Assembly (NCBI GenBank): GCA_035602295.1
Contig: DATNMN010000186.1
Span: 1-48,895 of the forward strand
Direction: 5' to 3'
From: Candidatus Dormiibacterota bacterium
Lineage (GTDB): Bacteria; Chloroflexota; Dormibacteria; CF-121
Length of the DNA stretch: 48,895 nt
The notes beneath the pieces are model-generated. The model saw nothing but the letters and a program-made list of their open reading frames with translations, had not been told where the DNA came from and ran no database searches. Positions 34,854 to 42,763 of this stretch are shown in pieces; the stretch's first letter is position 1; every line of letters starts with the position of its first letter. The translations under genes were made by a program, and so were the position numbers.

Positions 34854-36119
34854 CTAAGCGGCCCGCGGGAGCGCGTCGTCGGGCACGACCTCGACTTGGG
34901 GCGGCTTCAGGTAGTTCGCGTGGAAATAGGCGCGCACCCAGACCGTGGCCAGCATGGCAATCGCCATCAGCAGGGCCGATGACCAGAAGGGAATCCACAC
35001 CTGCAGGCCGTACATCCAGCCGGCGAGCGGGTAGGCGACGATGACCACCGCGCCCGTGACCAGCGCGAAGAGCCCATAACCCTTGGCCATAGCGTAGTCC
35101 GGCAGTACCTCGCCGATCACGGCGGTCATGACCTGACGGAAGGACCAGAACGCTCCTCGCAGGAAGAAGGCGAACCCCAGGATCGGCAGGGCCATCGAGG
35201 AAAGGAGCAGGATCGCGGAGACGACGTAGGCCGCCTCGAAGCAGAGGACGATGGTGACGCTGCCGAGCGTGCGGCGGAGTCGCCCGAGGCTCAGACCCAT
35301 GATCACCGAGCCCAGGTAGAGGACGCTCATCAGGACCCCGATCCAGAAGTTGTCGACGTGGGCCGCCTCGTGGGCGTAGAGCGCGGTGAAGGTCCAGGGG
35401 ATAAAGATGATGCCGGTCACGACCGTAAACAGCGCGAGCATGACGCGATAGGCAGGGAAGCGCATCAGGTCTCGATAGCGGATCGCCGGCACCGTGAACG
35501 TTGGCGTCCGCTTGGCTGGGAGGAACGCAATGCAGACCGCCGCCAGGAAAAAGAAGGCGAACGACACCCAGAAGAGCGCGCTCAGCGGGATGACCTGGGC
35601 CAGCAGGCCGCACAGCACGCTCGAGGCGATTAGTCCAAGCGAGTACGCCGAGAAGACCGTGGTCATCACAGCAGCGATCCGGTCGCGGGGCACGCCGAGT
35701 GAAAGGTAGACGCTGATCGCCGGGGTGTTGAAGACGGAGACCTGCAGGAAGAGGATCCCGAGGGCGGTCCAGCCCCAGTGGGGCGCCAGGGCGTAGCAGA
35801 GGGGCGCCGGCACGGCGATCGCCCAGCCCGCGATCACCGTCTTGCGCAGGTCGCGGTGTTCGGCCAGGCGGGTTCCAGGCAGCATCACCACGGTGGCCAC
35901 CAGCATGCCGACCGCGGCCAGGAGGCCGATCTCAAACGCGCTGGCACCCAGCTGCCGCTGGTAGATGACACCGAAGGCGATGAAGGGCCCGGCGCCGAGG
36001 CCCGATAGCCCGTGGGCGAAGAAGAGCAGCCAGCCGCCACGGTCGATCCGAACGCGAACCTCGGGTTGGTGGCCGCCCCGCGCCGAAGACCGGAAGCGAT
36101 GGGCGCGAGCGGGCAGCAC
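34854..36119 (-). CDS. MFS transporter
   Basis: About 12 hydrophobic helices and an MFS-like loop (GTRLAEHRDLRKT). 421 aa. Confidence 0.85.
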   Translation of the reverse strand: MLPARAHRFRSSARGGHQPEVRVRIDRGGWLLFFAHGLSGLGAGPFIAFGVIYQRQLGASAFEIGLLAAVGMLVATVVMLPGTRLAEHRDLRKTVIAGWAIAVPAPLCYALAPHWGWTALGILFLQVSVFNTPAISVYLSLGVPRDRIAAVMTTVFSAYSLGLIASSVLCGLLAQVIPLSALFWVSFAFFFLAAVCIAFLPAKRTPTFTVPAIRYRDLMRFPAYRVMLALFTVVTGIIFIPWTFTALYAHEAAHVDNFWIGVLMSVLYLGSVIMGLSLGRLRRTLGSVTIVLCFEAAYVVSAILLLSSMALPILGFAFFLRGAFWSFRQVMTAVIGEVLPDYAMAKGYGLFALVTGAVVIVAYPLAGWMYGLQVWIPFWSSALLMAIAMLATVWVRAYFHANYLKPPQVEVVPDDALPRAA

Positions 36120-36200
36120 ACCCGTATATCGCGCCGCTCCGGTCGACCCATCGGGGTCGGCGGCGACGAACCGGTGAAGCCCGGTTGCGGGCCGACGGGA

Positions 36201-38429
36201 CTACGCGGCTTGCTGTTCGCCCAGGCTGATGCGCCGGTGCAGGCGCTTGAGGCCCCGCGGCGCCCACCAATTGGCCCGCCCGAGCAGCCGCATCACGGCG
36301 GGCACGATCAGCGCCCGCACGAGTGTGGCGTCGATGGCGACCGCGAGCGCCAGCCCGAGACCGATCGACTTGATCAGGACCACGTCGGCCAGGCCGAAGG
36401 CGAGGAAGACCGCCACCATGATGGCGGCGGCACCGGTGATCAGGCGACCACTCTTCTCCAGGCCCTGAGCCACGGCCTGGGTGGTGTCGCCCGTCTTTCG
36501 GTATTCCTCCTGGATCCGGCTGATCAGCAACACCTCGTAGTCCATGGAGAGCCCGAAGACGAGGCAGAAGAGCAGGACGGGCACGGAGGGATCGAGGGCG
36601 GCCGGGGTGAAGTTCAGCAAGGAGCTGAGGTGCCCTTGCTGGAAGACCCAGACCAGCGCGCCAAACGAGGCCCCGATCGACAGGATGTTCATGATGACCG
36701 CCTTGAGCGGGAGCACCACGGATCCGGTCAGGAGGAAGAGGACGAGATAGGTCACGATCATCACGTAGGCGACCGCCAGCGGAATCCGTTGCAGGATGAA
36801 GTCGGTGAAGTCGAGGGAGAAGGCATCGACCAGCACACTGCTGCCCGGCGGGACGGCGATGGTTCGCAGCGAATGCACGATGGCGCGGGAGGCATCACTC
36901 TCCTGTCCATACTTGGTGACAACGGAGAGCACCGCGATCTGCGAGCCGGTCGTCCCGTGGACGATTGACTGGACGCGGACTGTCTGCGCGGATGCCGGCT
37001 GGGTGAGGAGCGCCTGGTAGTCGGAGCGACTGAGCGAGGGGTCGAAGCTGACCATGCTCTCGACACCCTCGACGCCCGGGATCTGCTTGATCCGCTGCGC
37101 CAGGTCGTAGAGATCTCCCACACGGTCGCTCGTGAGTGGTCCGCCACTCGGATACTGAACCACCACGTTGAAGAAGGTCTGGCCCTGTCCGGGAAACTTC
37201 TGCAACTGGTCGTAGCCCCGCCGGGTCTCGGCGTTGGGCGGCAGCATCCCCACGTCGCCGTTCGCGATCCGGATCTGGAAGATCGGCGAGGCGACCAGGA
37301 CCAGTAGGAGGACGATCGGCACCAGCACCAGCAGCGGCCGGCGCATGACGCGAATCGCGACCGCGTGCCAGACGCCGCGGCCGGCTGGCCGTCGCGGCAA
37401 TGGCAGGCGGAGCTTGTTGACACGAGGACCGAGGATCGCCAGGAGCGATGCAAGAAAGGTGAGCGCGTAGAGCACCGCGATCGCGACCACGATGGCGCCG
37501 GCGAATCCCATCGAGGCCAGGAAGGTACCCTGGAAGAAAAGCATGGCGCTCAGCCCGATCGCCACCGTGATCCCCGAAAAGGTCACCGCGCGACCGGAGG
37601 TTCGCATGCAGGCGATCAGGGCTTGCTCAGCGGTCGCCCCGCCCGCCAACTCCTCCCGGAAACGGTTAACGATGAAGAGCGAGTAGTCGATCGCCACACC
37701 GAGGCCGATCAAGGTCACGATGTTGGTGGCGTAGGTCGAGACATCGGTGATGCGCGCGAGCAGGCCGACTCCCGCGAGACCGCCAAGGACCGCGAACCCG
37801 CCCACGCCGAGCGGCAGGACGGCGCTCACCACCGTTGCGAAGACGATCAAGAGCAAGGGCAGGATGACGAGCAACGAGACCACTTCCGCTCGCTGCAGGT
37901 CGGATTGCAAGTACTTGTCGAAATCGGAGCCGATGGCGACGGCGCCGGTACCCAGCACCTGGAGCTGGTCCGAGTGCACCTCGGTTCGCATTTGCTTGTA
38001 GAACTGGCGGGCCGTCGCATAGTCGTCCTTCAGGCTCACCTGCGCAAAGACATGGTGGCCGTCAGTCGACGTCATGGCCTTGGCCTGTTCAGCCGACACG
38101 TCGAATGGCGTGTCGATGCTCTTCACCCTCGGATCATCCTTGAGCGGCTGAAGGGCGGCGAGCACCGCCTGCTTGAACGCGGGGTCCTGCACGCCCATCG
38201 TCTGGCTGCCCAAGACCAGGACGAATGTGGACCCGGCTCCAGGCCCGCTTTGGGGCAGCTGATCGTGCATGAGGGCGATCGCGCGTCCGGACTCCGTGTT
38301 TTGGCCACCGCTGTTTTTCAAGGTGCCCCCGTTCACCAGGGCCAGGATCGACCCGGCCAGCAGGAGCAGGGACGCGCCGAGCACCAGCCAGCGGAATCGG
38401 TAGACGAAATGACCCCACCAAACAAACAT
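36201..38429 (-). CDS. MMPL-family (RND superfamily) membrane transporter
   Basis: 742 aa with a duplicated architecture of TM1, a large loop and a 5-TM bundle. MMPL motifs include GVAIDYSLFIVNRFREEL and GLSMDYEVLLISRIQEEY. Confidence 0.93.
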   Translation of the reverse strand: MFVWWGHFVYRFRWLVLGASLLLLAGSILALVNGGTLKNSGGQNTESGRAIALMHDQLPQSGPGAGSTFVLVLGSQTMGVQDPAFKQAVLAALQPLKDDPRVKSIDTPFDVSAEQAKAMTSTDGHHVFAQVSLKDDYATARQFYKQMRTEVHSDQLQVLGTGAVAIGSDFDKYLQSDLQRAEVVSLLVILPLLLIVFATVVSAVLPLGVGGFAVLGGLAGVGLLARITDVSTYATNIVTLIGLGVAIDYSLFIVNRFREELAGGATAEQALIACMRTSGRAVTFSGITVAIGLSAMLFFQGTFLASMGFAGAIVVAIAVLYALTFLASLLAILGPRVNKLRLPLPRRPAGRGVWHAVAIRVMRRPLLVLVPIVLLLVLVASPIFQIRIANGDVGMLPPNAETRRGYDQLQKFPGQGQTFFNVVVQYPSGGPLTSDRVGDLYDLAQRIKQIPGVEGVESMVSFDPSLSRSDYQALLTQPASAQTVRVQSIVHGTTGSQIAVLSVVTKYGQESDASRAIVHSLRTIAVPPGSSVLVDAFSLDFTDFILQRIPLAVAYVMIVTYLVLFLLTGSVVLPLKAVIMNILSIGASFGALVWVFQQGHLSSLLNFTPAALDPSVPVLLFCLVFGLSMDYEVLLISRIQEEYRKTGDTTQAVAQGLEKSGRLITGAAAIMVAVFLAFGLADVVLIKSIGLGLALAVAIDATLVRALIVPAVMRLLGRANWWAPRGLKRLHRRISLGEQQAA

Positions 38430-38431
38430 GT

Positions 38432-39058
38432 CTAGCCCTCCTCCCGGGATGTGTTACGGGGTCGCGTGGCAAAGGCGATCGTCATCTCGCTCAGCGCATC
38501 GATGGCCGCCTCGGCGTCGAACTCAGGATTCATCACCTTCTGCAGGTAGATGCCGTGGAGGCTGCCCCAGATGGCGGCTGCGATCGCGTCGGCCGAGGCG
38601 AGCGGCGGCGCGGCCATGCCGGCGATCACGGCCTTGGTGATGCGGGCGACGAAGGCCCGCCGTTCCTCGATGAAGGTGCGGACGGCGGTTGCGATCTTCG
38701 GGTTGTGCAGGCCGACCCCGAACATGTCGAAGGTCAGGAGAAACAGGCCGCCGTAGGTCTTCAGCTCCTCCTTGGCCAGTTCGAATCCCATTCGGGCGAA
38801 CATCATCGGGTCGGCGTCCTCCGGCATCGGCCCGCTGAGGCTGACGCCGGCCGCTTCCCAGGCTCGGATCAAGGGCTCGCACCCGTGCTCGATGGCCGCC
38901 ACCAGCAGGTCTTCCTTGGTCTCGAAGTAGTAGTGCGCGAGCCCCGGGGCAACGCCGGCTGCGGCCGCGATGTCTTTCATGCCGGTCTCGTGGTAGCCGC
39001 GCTTTACGAGCGTGCGGTAGGCGGCGTCGACGATCCGGTCCTTCGTCTGATCCGGCAT
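38432..39058 (-). CDS. TetR/AcrR-family transcriptional regulator
   Basis: N-terminal HTH RIVDAAYRTLVKRGYHETGMKDIAAAAGVAPGLAHYYFETKEDLL. The stop lies 2 nt before the mmpL start. Confidence 0.9.
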   Translation of the reverse strand: MPDQTKDRIVDAAYRTLVKRGYHETGMKDIAAAAGVAPGLAHYYFETKEDLLVAAIEHGCEPLIRAWEAAGVSLSGPMPEDADPMMFARMGFELAKEELKTYGGLFLLTFDMFGVGLHNPKIATAVRTFIEERRAFVARITKAVIAGMAAPPLASADAIAAAIWGSLHGIYLQKVMNPEFDAEAAIDALSEMTIAFATRPRNTSREEG

Positions 39059-39090
39059 TCAGCTGACTCCCACGGCCGTGTTTGAATGGG

Positions 39091-39109
39091 TGACCAAATT
39101 GTTTGGTCA
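39091..39109. promoter_or_regulatory. Perfect 8-3-8 inverted repeat TGACCAAA-TTG-TTTGGTCA; candidate TetR operator
   Basis: Read directly from the sequence. It lies 33-51 nt upstream of the tetR start codon (39058), in the only intergenic space available for the tetR-mmpL promoter. Confidence 0.45.
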
Positions 39110-39161
39110 TTCAATCAAAGACCGGCGCGGATGTCAAATCCGGTGGTGACCGAGGGTTTGT

Positions 39162-40469
39162 TTAGCCGGCGACCGCGGGTCGTAGCTCGGGCAGGCGGTG
39201 GGCGCGGTATTCAGCCACCAGTCGGTCGACCGTTTCCTTCCAGGTGAACTGGGTCGCAACCAGCCGGCTGCGACGGCTGAAGCAGCGGCGCAGCTCCTCG
39301 TCGGCGAGCAGGCGGCCGATCCGCTCCGCATACTGGGCCGGATCGTGGGAGACCAGGGTGAAGCCGGTCAGGCCGTCTTTGACGATGGTGGGGAGGCCAC
39401 CGACTCGGGCCGCGACCACCGGCGTCCCGCTGGCGGCCGCTTCCAGCGCCACCAGGCCGAAGGATTCACTGTATGAGGGGACGACGCAGACCGCCGCCAG
39501 GCTCAGGTAGCCGGCCAGCGCCGGCTGGTCGACCGGTCCCATGAAGCGGACCTGGCCGGCGATGCCGAGCGAGCCGGCCAGCGCTTCCAGCCGCGCCCGC
39601 TCACCGCCGCTCATCCGGCTCTCACTCGCGCCGTTATGGCTGTCGTCGCCGATGACGAGGAGCACCGGGGGCTCGGGCTGCGCCCCGTCGCGGGCTAGGA
39701 TCGCCATCGCCCGAATGACGGTTTCCACGCCCTTGAGCCGCTCAAGGCGTCCGGCAAAGACGACCACCTTCGCATCGCCCAGTCCGAGGCGCTTCCGAAG
39801 CGGGCCGGTCGGCGGTTCGTTGAAAACCTGGAGGTCTACGCCGGGCGCCACCACACTCAGCCGGGTCCGCGCGGCGCCGTAGAGGCGAACCAGGTCATCC
39901 GCCTCCTGCGCGCTCGAGGCGATCAACCGATCGCAATTCCGCACGATCGCCTGCTCGACGGCGATTCGATGCTCCGGCTCGACCACGGCGCCCTCGGCCG
40001 CCCGCTCGTTCTTGACGCGGGCGAGCGTGTGGAAGGTATGGAACCAGGGCAGGTTCCACTCATCGCGGAGGCGGGTGGCAACCCACCCTGATAGCCAGTA
40101 ATGGCTGTGGATCAGGCTGTAGTCCGCGCGGCGCCGGCGCTGCTCGCGCAGGACTGCCTCGCTGAAGTCCGGAAGCAAGTCGAAGAGCTGCGCCTTGTCG
40201 ATGTCGTCGGCGGGTCCGACGCTAAGGCGCGTGACCCAGCTCTTCTCGGCCAGCTGCACCCGGTCGAGGCCATCCGGGCTCGACCGCCGGGTGAAGACCT
40301 CGGTCGGGATGCCGCGGCGGCTGAGCTCTTCGCACACCGCCCGGATGTAGACGTTCATGCCGCCGTTCTCGCCAGCCCCGAGGGCAGCGACCGGCGATGC
40401 GTGCAGACTGACGATGGCGAGCGGTTTCAGCGCCGTGCCTCCTTGCAGCTGGATCGATTGACACCTCAT
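39162..40469 (-). CDS. GT4 glycosyltransferase, MshA-like (D-inositol-3-phosphate glycosyltransferase type)
   Basis: SLHASPVAALGAGENGGMNVYI, HYWLSGWVATRLRDEWNLPWFHTFHTLARVKN, and the E-x7-E region PSYSESFGLVALEAAASGTPVVA. These closely follow the MshA pattern as I recall it. The true substrate is unproven. Confidence 0.75.
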   Translation of the reverse strand: MRCQSIQLQGGTALKPLAIVSLHASPVAALGAGENGGMNVYIRAVCEELSRRGIPTEVFTRRSSPDGLDRVQLAEKSWVTRLSVGPADDIDKAQLFDLLPDFSEAVLREQRRRRADYSLIHSHYWLSGWVATRLRDEWNLPWFHTFHTLARVKNERAAEGAVVEPEHRIAVEQAIVRNCDRLIASSAQEADDLVRLYGAARTRLSVVAPGVDLQVFNEPPTGPLRKRLGLGDAKVVVFAGRLERLKGVETVIRAMAILARDGAQPEPPVLLVIGDDSHNGASESRMSGGERARLEALAGSLGIAGQVRFMGPVDQPALAGYLSLAAVCVVPSYSESFGLVALEAAASGTPVVAARVGGLPTIVKDGLTGFTLVSHDPAQYAERIGRLLADEELRRCFSRRSRLVATQFTWKETVDRLVAEYRAHRLPELRPAVAG

Positions 40470-40708
40470 CGTCGCCGTTTAGTCACCCCCCGGTCAACTT
40501 CAAATCAGTAGGAGACCGGATGCAAAGCTGCGTCGGGCGGTTAACGGTTGTCGGTGAGGGCGCCCTATGCTACCGTTGACCAGATTCTTAGCCACCCTGG
40601 CCTGAACCCAAACTAACGATCCAGCCACAGCCAGTCAACCCGCTGAAGCGCTTCCAGCTTCCCCTCCTGGTTCTCGCCCTCGTCTTCTGCTACGGCGTAG
40701 CCGGCTAC

Positions 40709-41623
40709 ATGCTGCTGCTGCATTGGAACTTCGTCGACTCACTGTTCATGGTCCTAACGACGGTGACGACCGTCGGCTATGAGGAGGTCCATCCGCTGGG
40801 CCAGGGCGGTCGCCTCTTCACGATGACGGTGATCGTCTTTGGCGTTGGCACCATGCTCTACACGCTCGGCATCTTCGCCGAGACATTGATCGAAGGACAC
40901 CTCGGCCGGTACGCTAGGATGCGCGGCATGGAACGCCGGATCGCCGGCCTCAACGATCATTTCATCGTTTGCGGGTACGGCCGGATGGGGACGCGAGTCG
41001 CCCAGGAATTTGCGCAGCTGGACACGCCCTTCGTCATCGTGGAGAGCAACCCTGAGCCGCTCGAGCGGCTGCGCACCACCGACCTGCTCTACCTGGAGGG
41101 TGATGCCGCCTCAGACGATACCTTGCTCAAGGCCGGCATCCTGCGGGCCAAGGGCCTGGTCACCGCCGTCGACTCCGACGAGCGCAACGTCTTCATCACC
41201 CTCACCGCGCGCTCCTTGAATCCGGCGCTGTTGATCGTCGCCCGCTCCTCCTACCAGGATTCCACGGAGAAGCTCCGCCGTGCGGGCGCCAACCAGGTCG
41301 TTTCGCCCTACCTGATGGGCGCCCATCGGATGGCGGCGCTAGCGACCCGGCCGGTGGCCGTCGACGTCCTCGACACCGTGCTCCATGGGGAGAACATCGA
41401 CCTCGTCGTCGAGGAGCTGCTGGTGCTTCCGAGTTCCAGGGTGCTCGGCCGGACGCTGGGTGACTCGGGAATCCGCGAGGCCGGCGCCAACGTGCTGGCG
41501 ATTCGCAAGCGCAGCGGTCAGCTGCGCATCAACCCACCCGAGGCCCAGGTGCTCGAAAGTGACGACTTGCTGGTCGCGATCGGAACGCGCCAGCAAATGA
41601 GCGCCGCCGAACGCCTGTTATGA
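40709..41623 (+). CDS. Two-TM pore-domain potassium-channel-like protein with RCK (TrkA-N + TrkA-C) domains; the real 5' end is probably upstream (open frame from 40592)
   Basis: Pore helix and filter FMVLTTVTTVGYEEVHP, then TM2. TrkA-N Rossmann HFIVCGYGRMG and a TrkA-C-like C-terminus. TM1 (LPLLVLALVFCYGVAGYMLLL) is encoded in frame upstream of the first ATG. Confidence 0.8.
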   Translation: MLLLHWNFVDSLFMVLTTVTTVGYEEVHPLGQGGRLFTMTVIVFGVGTMLYTLGIFAETLIEGHLGRYARMRGMERRIAGLNDHFIVCGYGRMGTRVAQEFAQLDTPFVIVESNPEPLERLRTTDLLYLEGDAASDDTLLKAGILRAKGLVTAVDSDERNVFITLTARSLNPALLIVARSSYQDSTEKLRRAGANQVVSPYLMGAHRMAALATRPVAVDVLDTVLHGENIDLVVEELLVLPSSRVLGRTLGDSGIREAGANVLAIRKRSGQLRINPPEAQVLESDDLLVAIGTRQQMSAAERLL

Positions 41624-41638
41624 CCCACGTTCGGGTCG

Positions 41639-42763
41639 GTGGTGTCCGTCCCTAAGCGCTTCGTCTTTCTTTTCTCCGACACGGGCGCCGGCCATCGCGC
41701 CGCCGCTGAGGCCGTAGCCGAGGCCATCCGCCGCCGCTATCCAAACCAGTTCACGGTGGACTTGAAGGACCCGATGGCGGACCGGCGCGTGATCGCCGGA
41801 CGCCTGACCGCGCTCTATGGACCGGTGACCCGGCGGCTCCCGTTTCTGTGGGGCGCCGCCTACCGGGTCACCAACATGCGCCCCACCGTCCGCCTCTTCC
41901 AGCACGCCATCGGCGGAGGGGTGAGGCGCCGGGTCGCGCGCGCCCTCGAACCGCGGCCGGCACTGGTGGCGAGCTTTCATCCACTGCTCAACCACGTCGC
42001 CGCAGAGACGGTCCCCTACGGCGTGCCCCGCGTTACGGTGATCACGGATTGGATCGATTTTCATCAGGCATGGACCGACCTGCAGGCCGACTGCATCATC
42101 TGTCCGTCGGATGCGGCGTATCAGTTGTGTCGCCGCCGCGGCGTGCCGGCCGATCGCCTGGTGACCGCCGGACTCCCGATCCACCCGCGCTTCCAGGATG
42201 CCATCCGCGGCTTCACCGACAAGCGGTCGATGCGGCTCAAGCTTCGCCTGCGCCCGCATGCGCCCACCGTGCTACTTGCCGGCGGCGGTGACGGCACCGA
42301 GCCGCTGCGCAAGTACGCGGCGGCCCTTGCGCGTTCGCCCCTCGACATCCAGGTGCTCGCCGTCTGTGGCCGCAACAAGGCGTTGGCGGCGAGCATCCGA
42401 GAAGACAACCATGCCGGCGTTCATGTCTTCGGCTTCGTCGACAACATGCCCGAGCTGTTGCTCGCCTCCGACCTGTTGGTGACGCGCGCCGGGCCCGGGA
42501 TGATCGCAGAAGGTCTCGCCTGCGGTTGTCCGCTGTTGTTGACGGGGTACTTGCCCGGGCAGGAACAAGGCAATGTGAAGGAGGTGGTGAGCCGCGACCT
42601 CGGCCGTTTTGTGCCGCGGCCCGACGACCTGGTCGAGGCGGTGGCCACCTGGTTTGCGAAACCGGAGTCTGAGCGCCTCGGCGACGTGAGCCGCGCTCGT
42701 GCGGCGGCCGACCCGGCCGCGGCCTTTCAGATTGCGGACGTGATGGTGAAGCTCAGCACCTGA
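41639..42763 (+). CDS. MGDG-synthase-like (GT28) diacylglycerol glycosyltransferase
   Basis: N-terminus FLFSDTGAGHRAAAEAVAEAI and C-terminal GT-B half (LLAGGGDG, LVTRAGPGMIAEGLACGCPLLL, PGQEQGN). Confidence 0.8.
   Translation: MVSVPKRFVFLFSDTGAGHRAAAEAVAEAIRRRYPNQFTVDLKDPMADRRVIAGRLTALYGPVTRRLPFLWGAAYRVTNMRPTVRLFQHAIGGGVRRRVARALEPRPALVASFHPLLNHVAAETVPYGVPRVTVITDWIDFHQAWTDLQADCIICPSDAAYQLCRRRGVPADRLVTAGLPIHPRFQDAIRGFTDKRSMRLKLRLRPHAPTVLLAGGGDGTEPLRKYAAALARSPLDIQVLAVCGRNKALAASIREDNHAGVHVFGFVDNMPELLLASDLLVTRAGPGMIAEGLACGCPLLLTGYLPGQEQGNVKEVVSRDLGRFVPRPDDLVEAVATWFAKPESERLGDVSRARAAADPAAAFQIADVMVKLST

Noticed and set aside
34834-35613. 5' two-thirds of track ORF 34444..35613
   Set aside because: It overlaps the MFS transporter gene in another frame and reads as Arg/Pro-rich noise. 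Only the last 129 codons (34444..34833) look like a real membrane protein with its own ATG.
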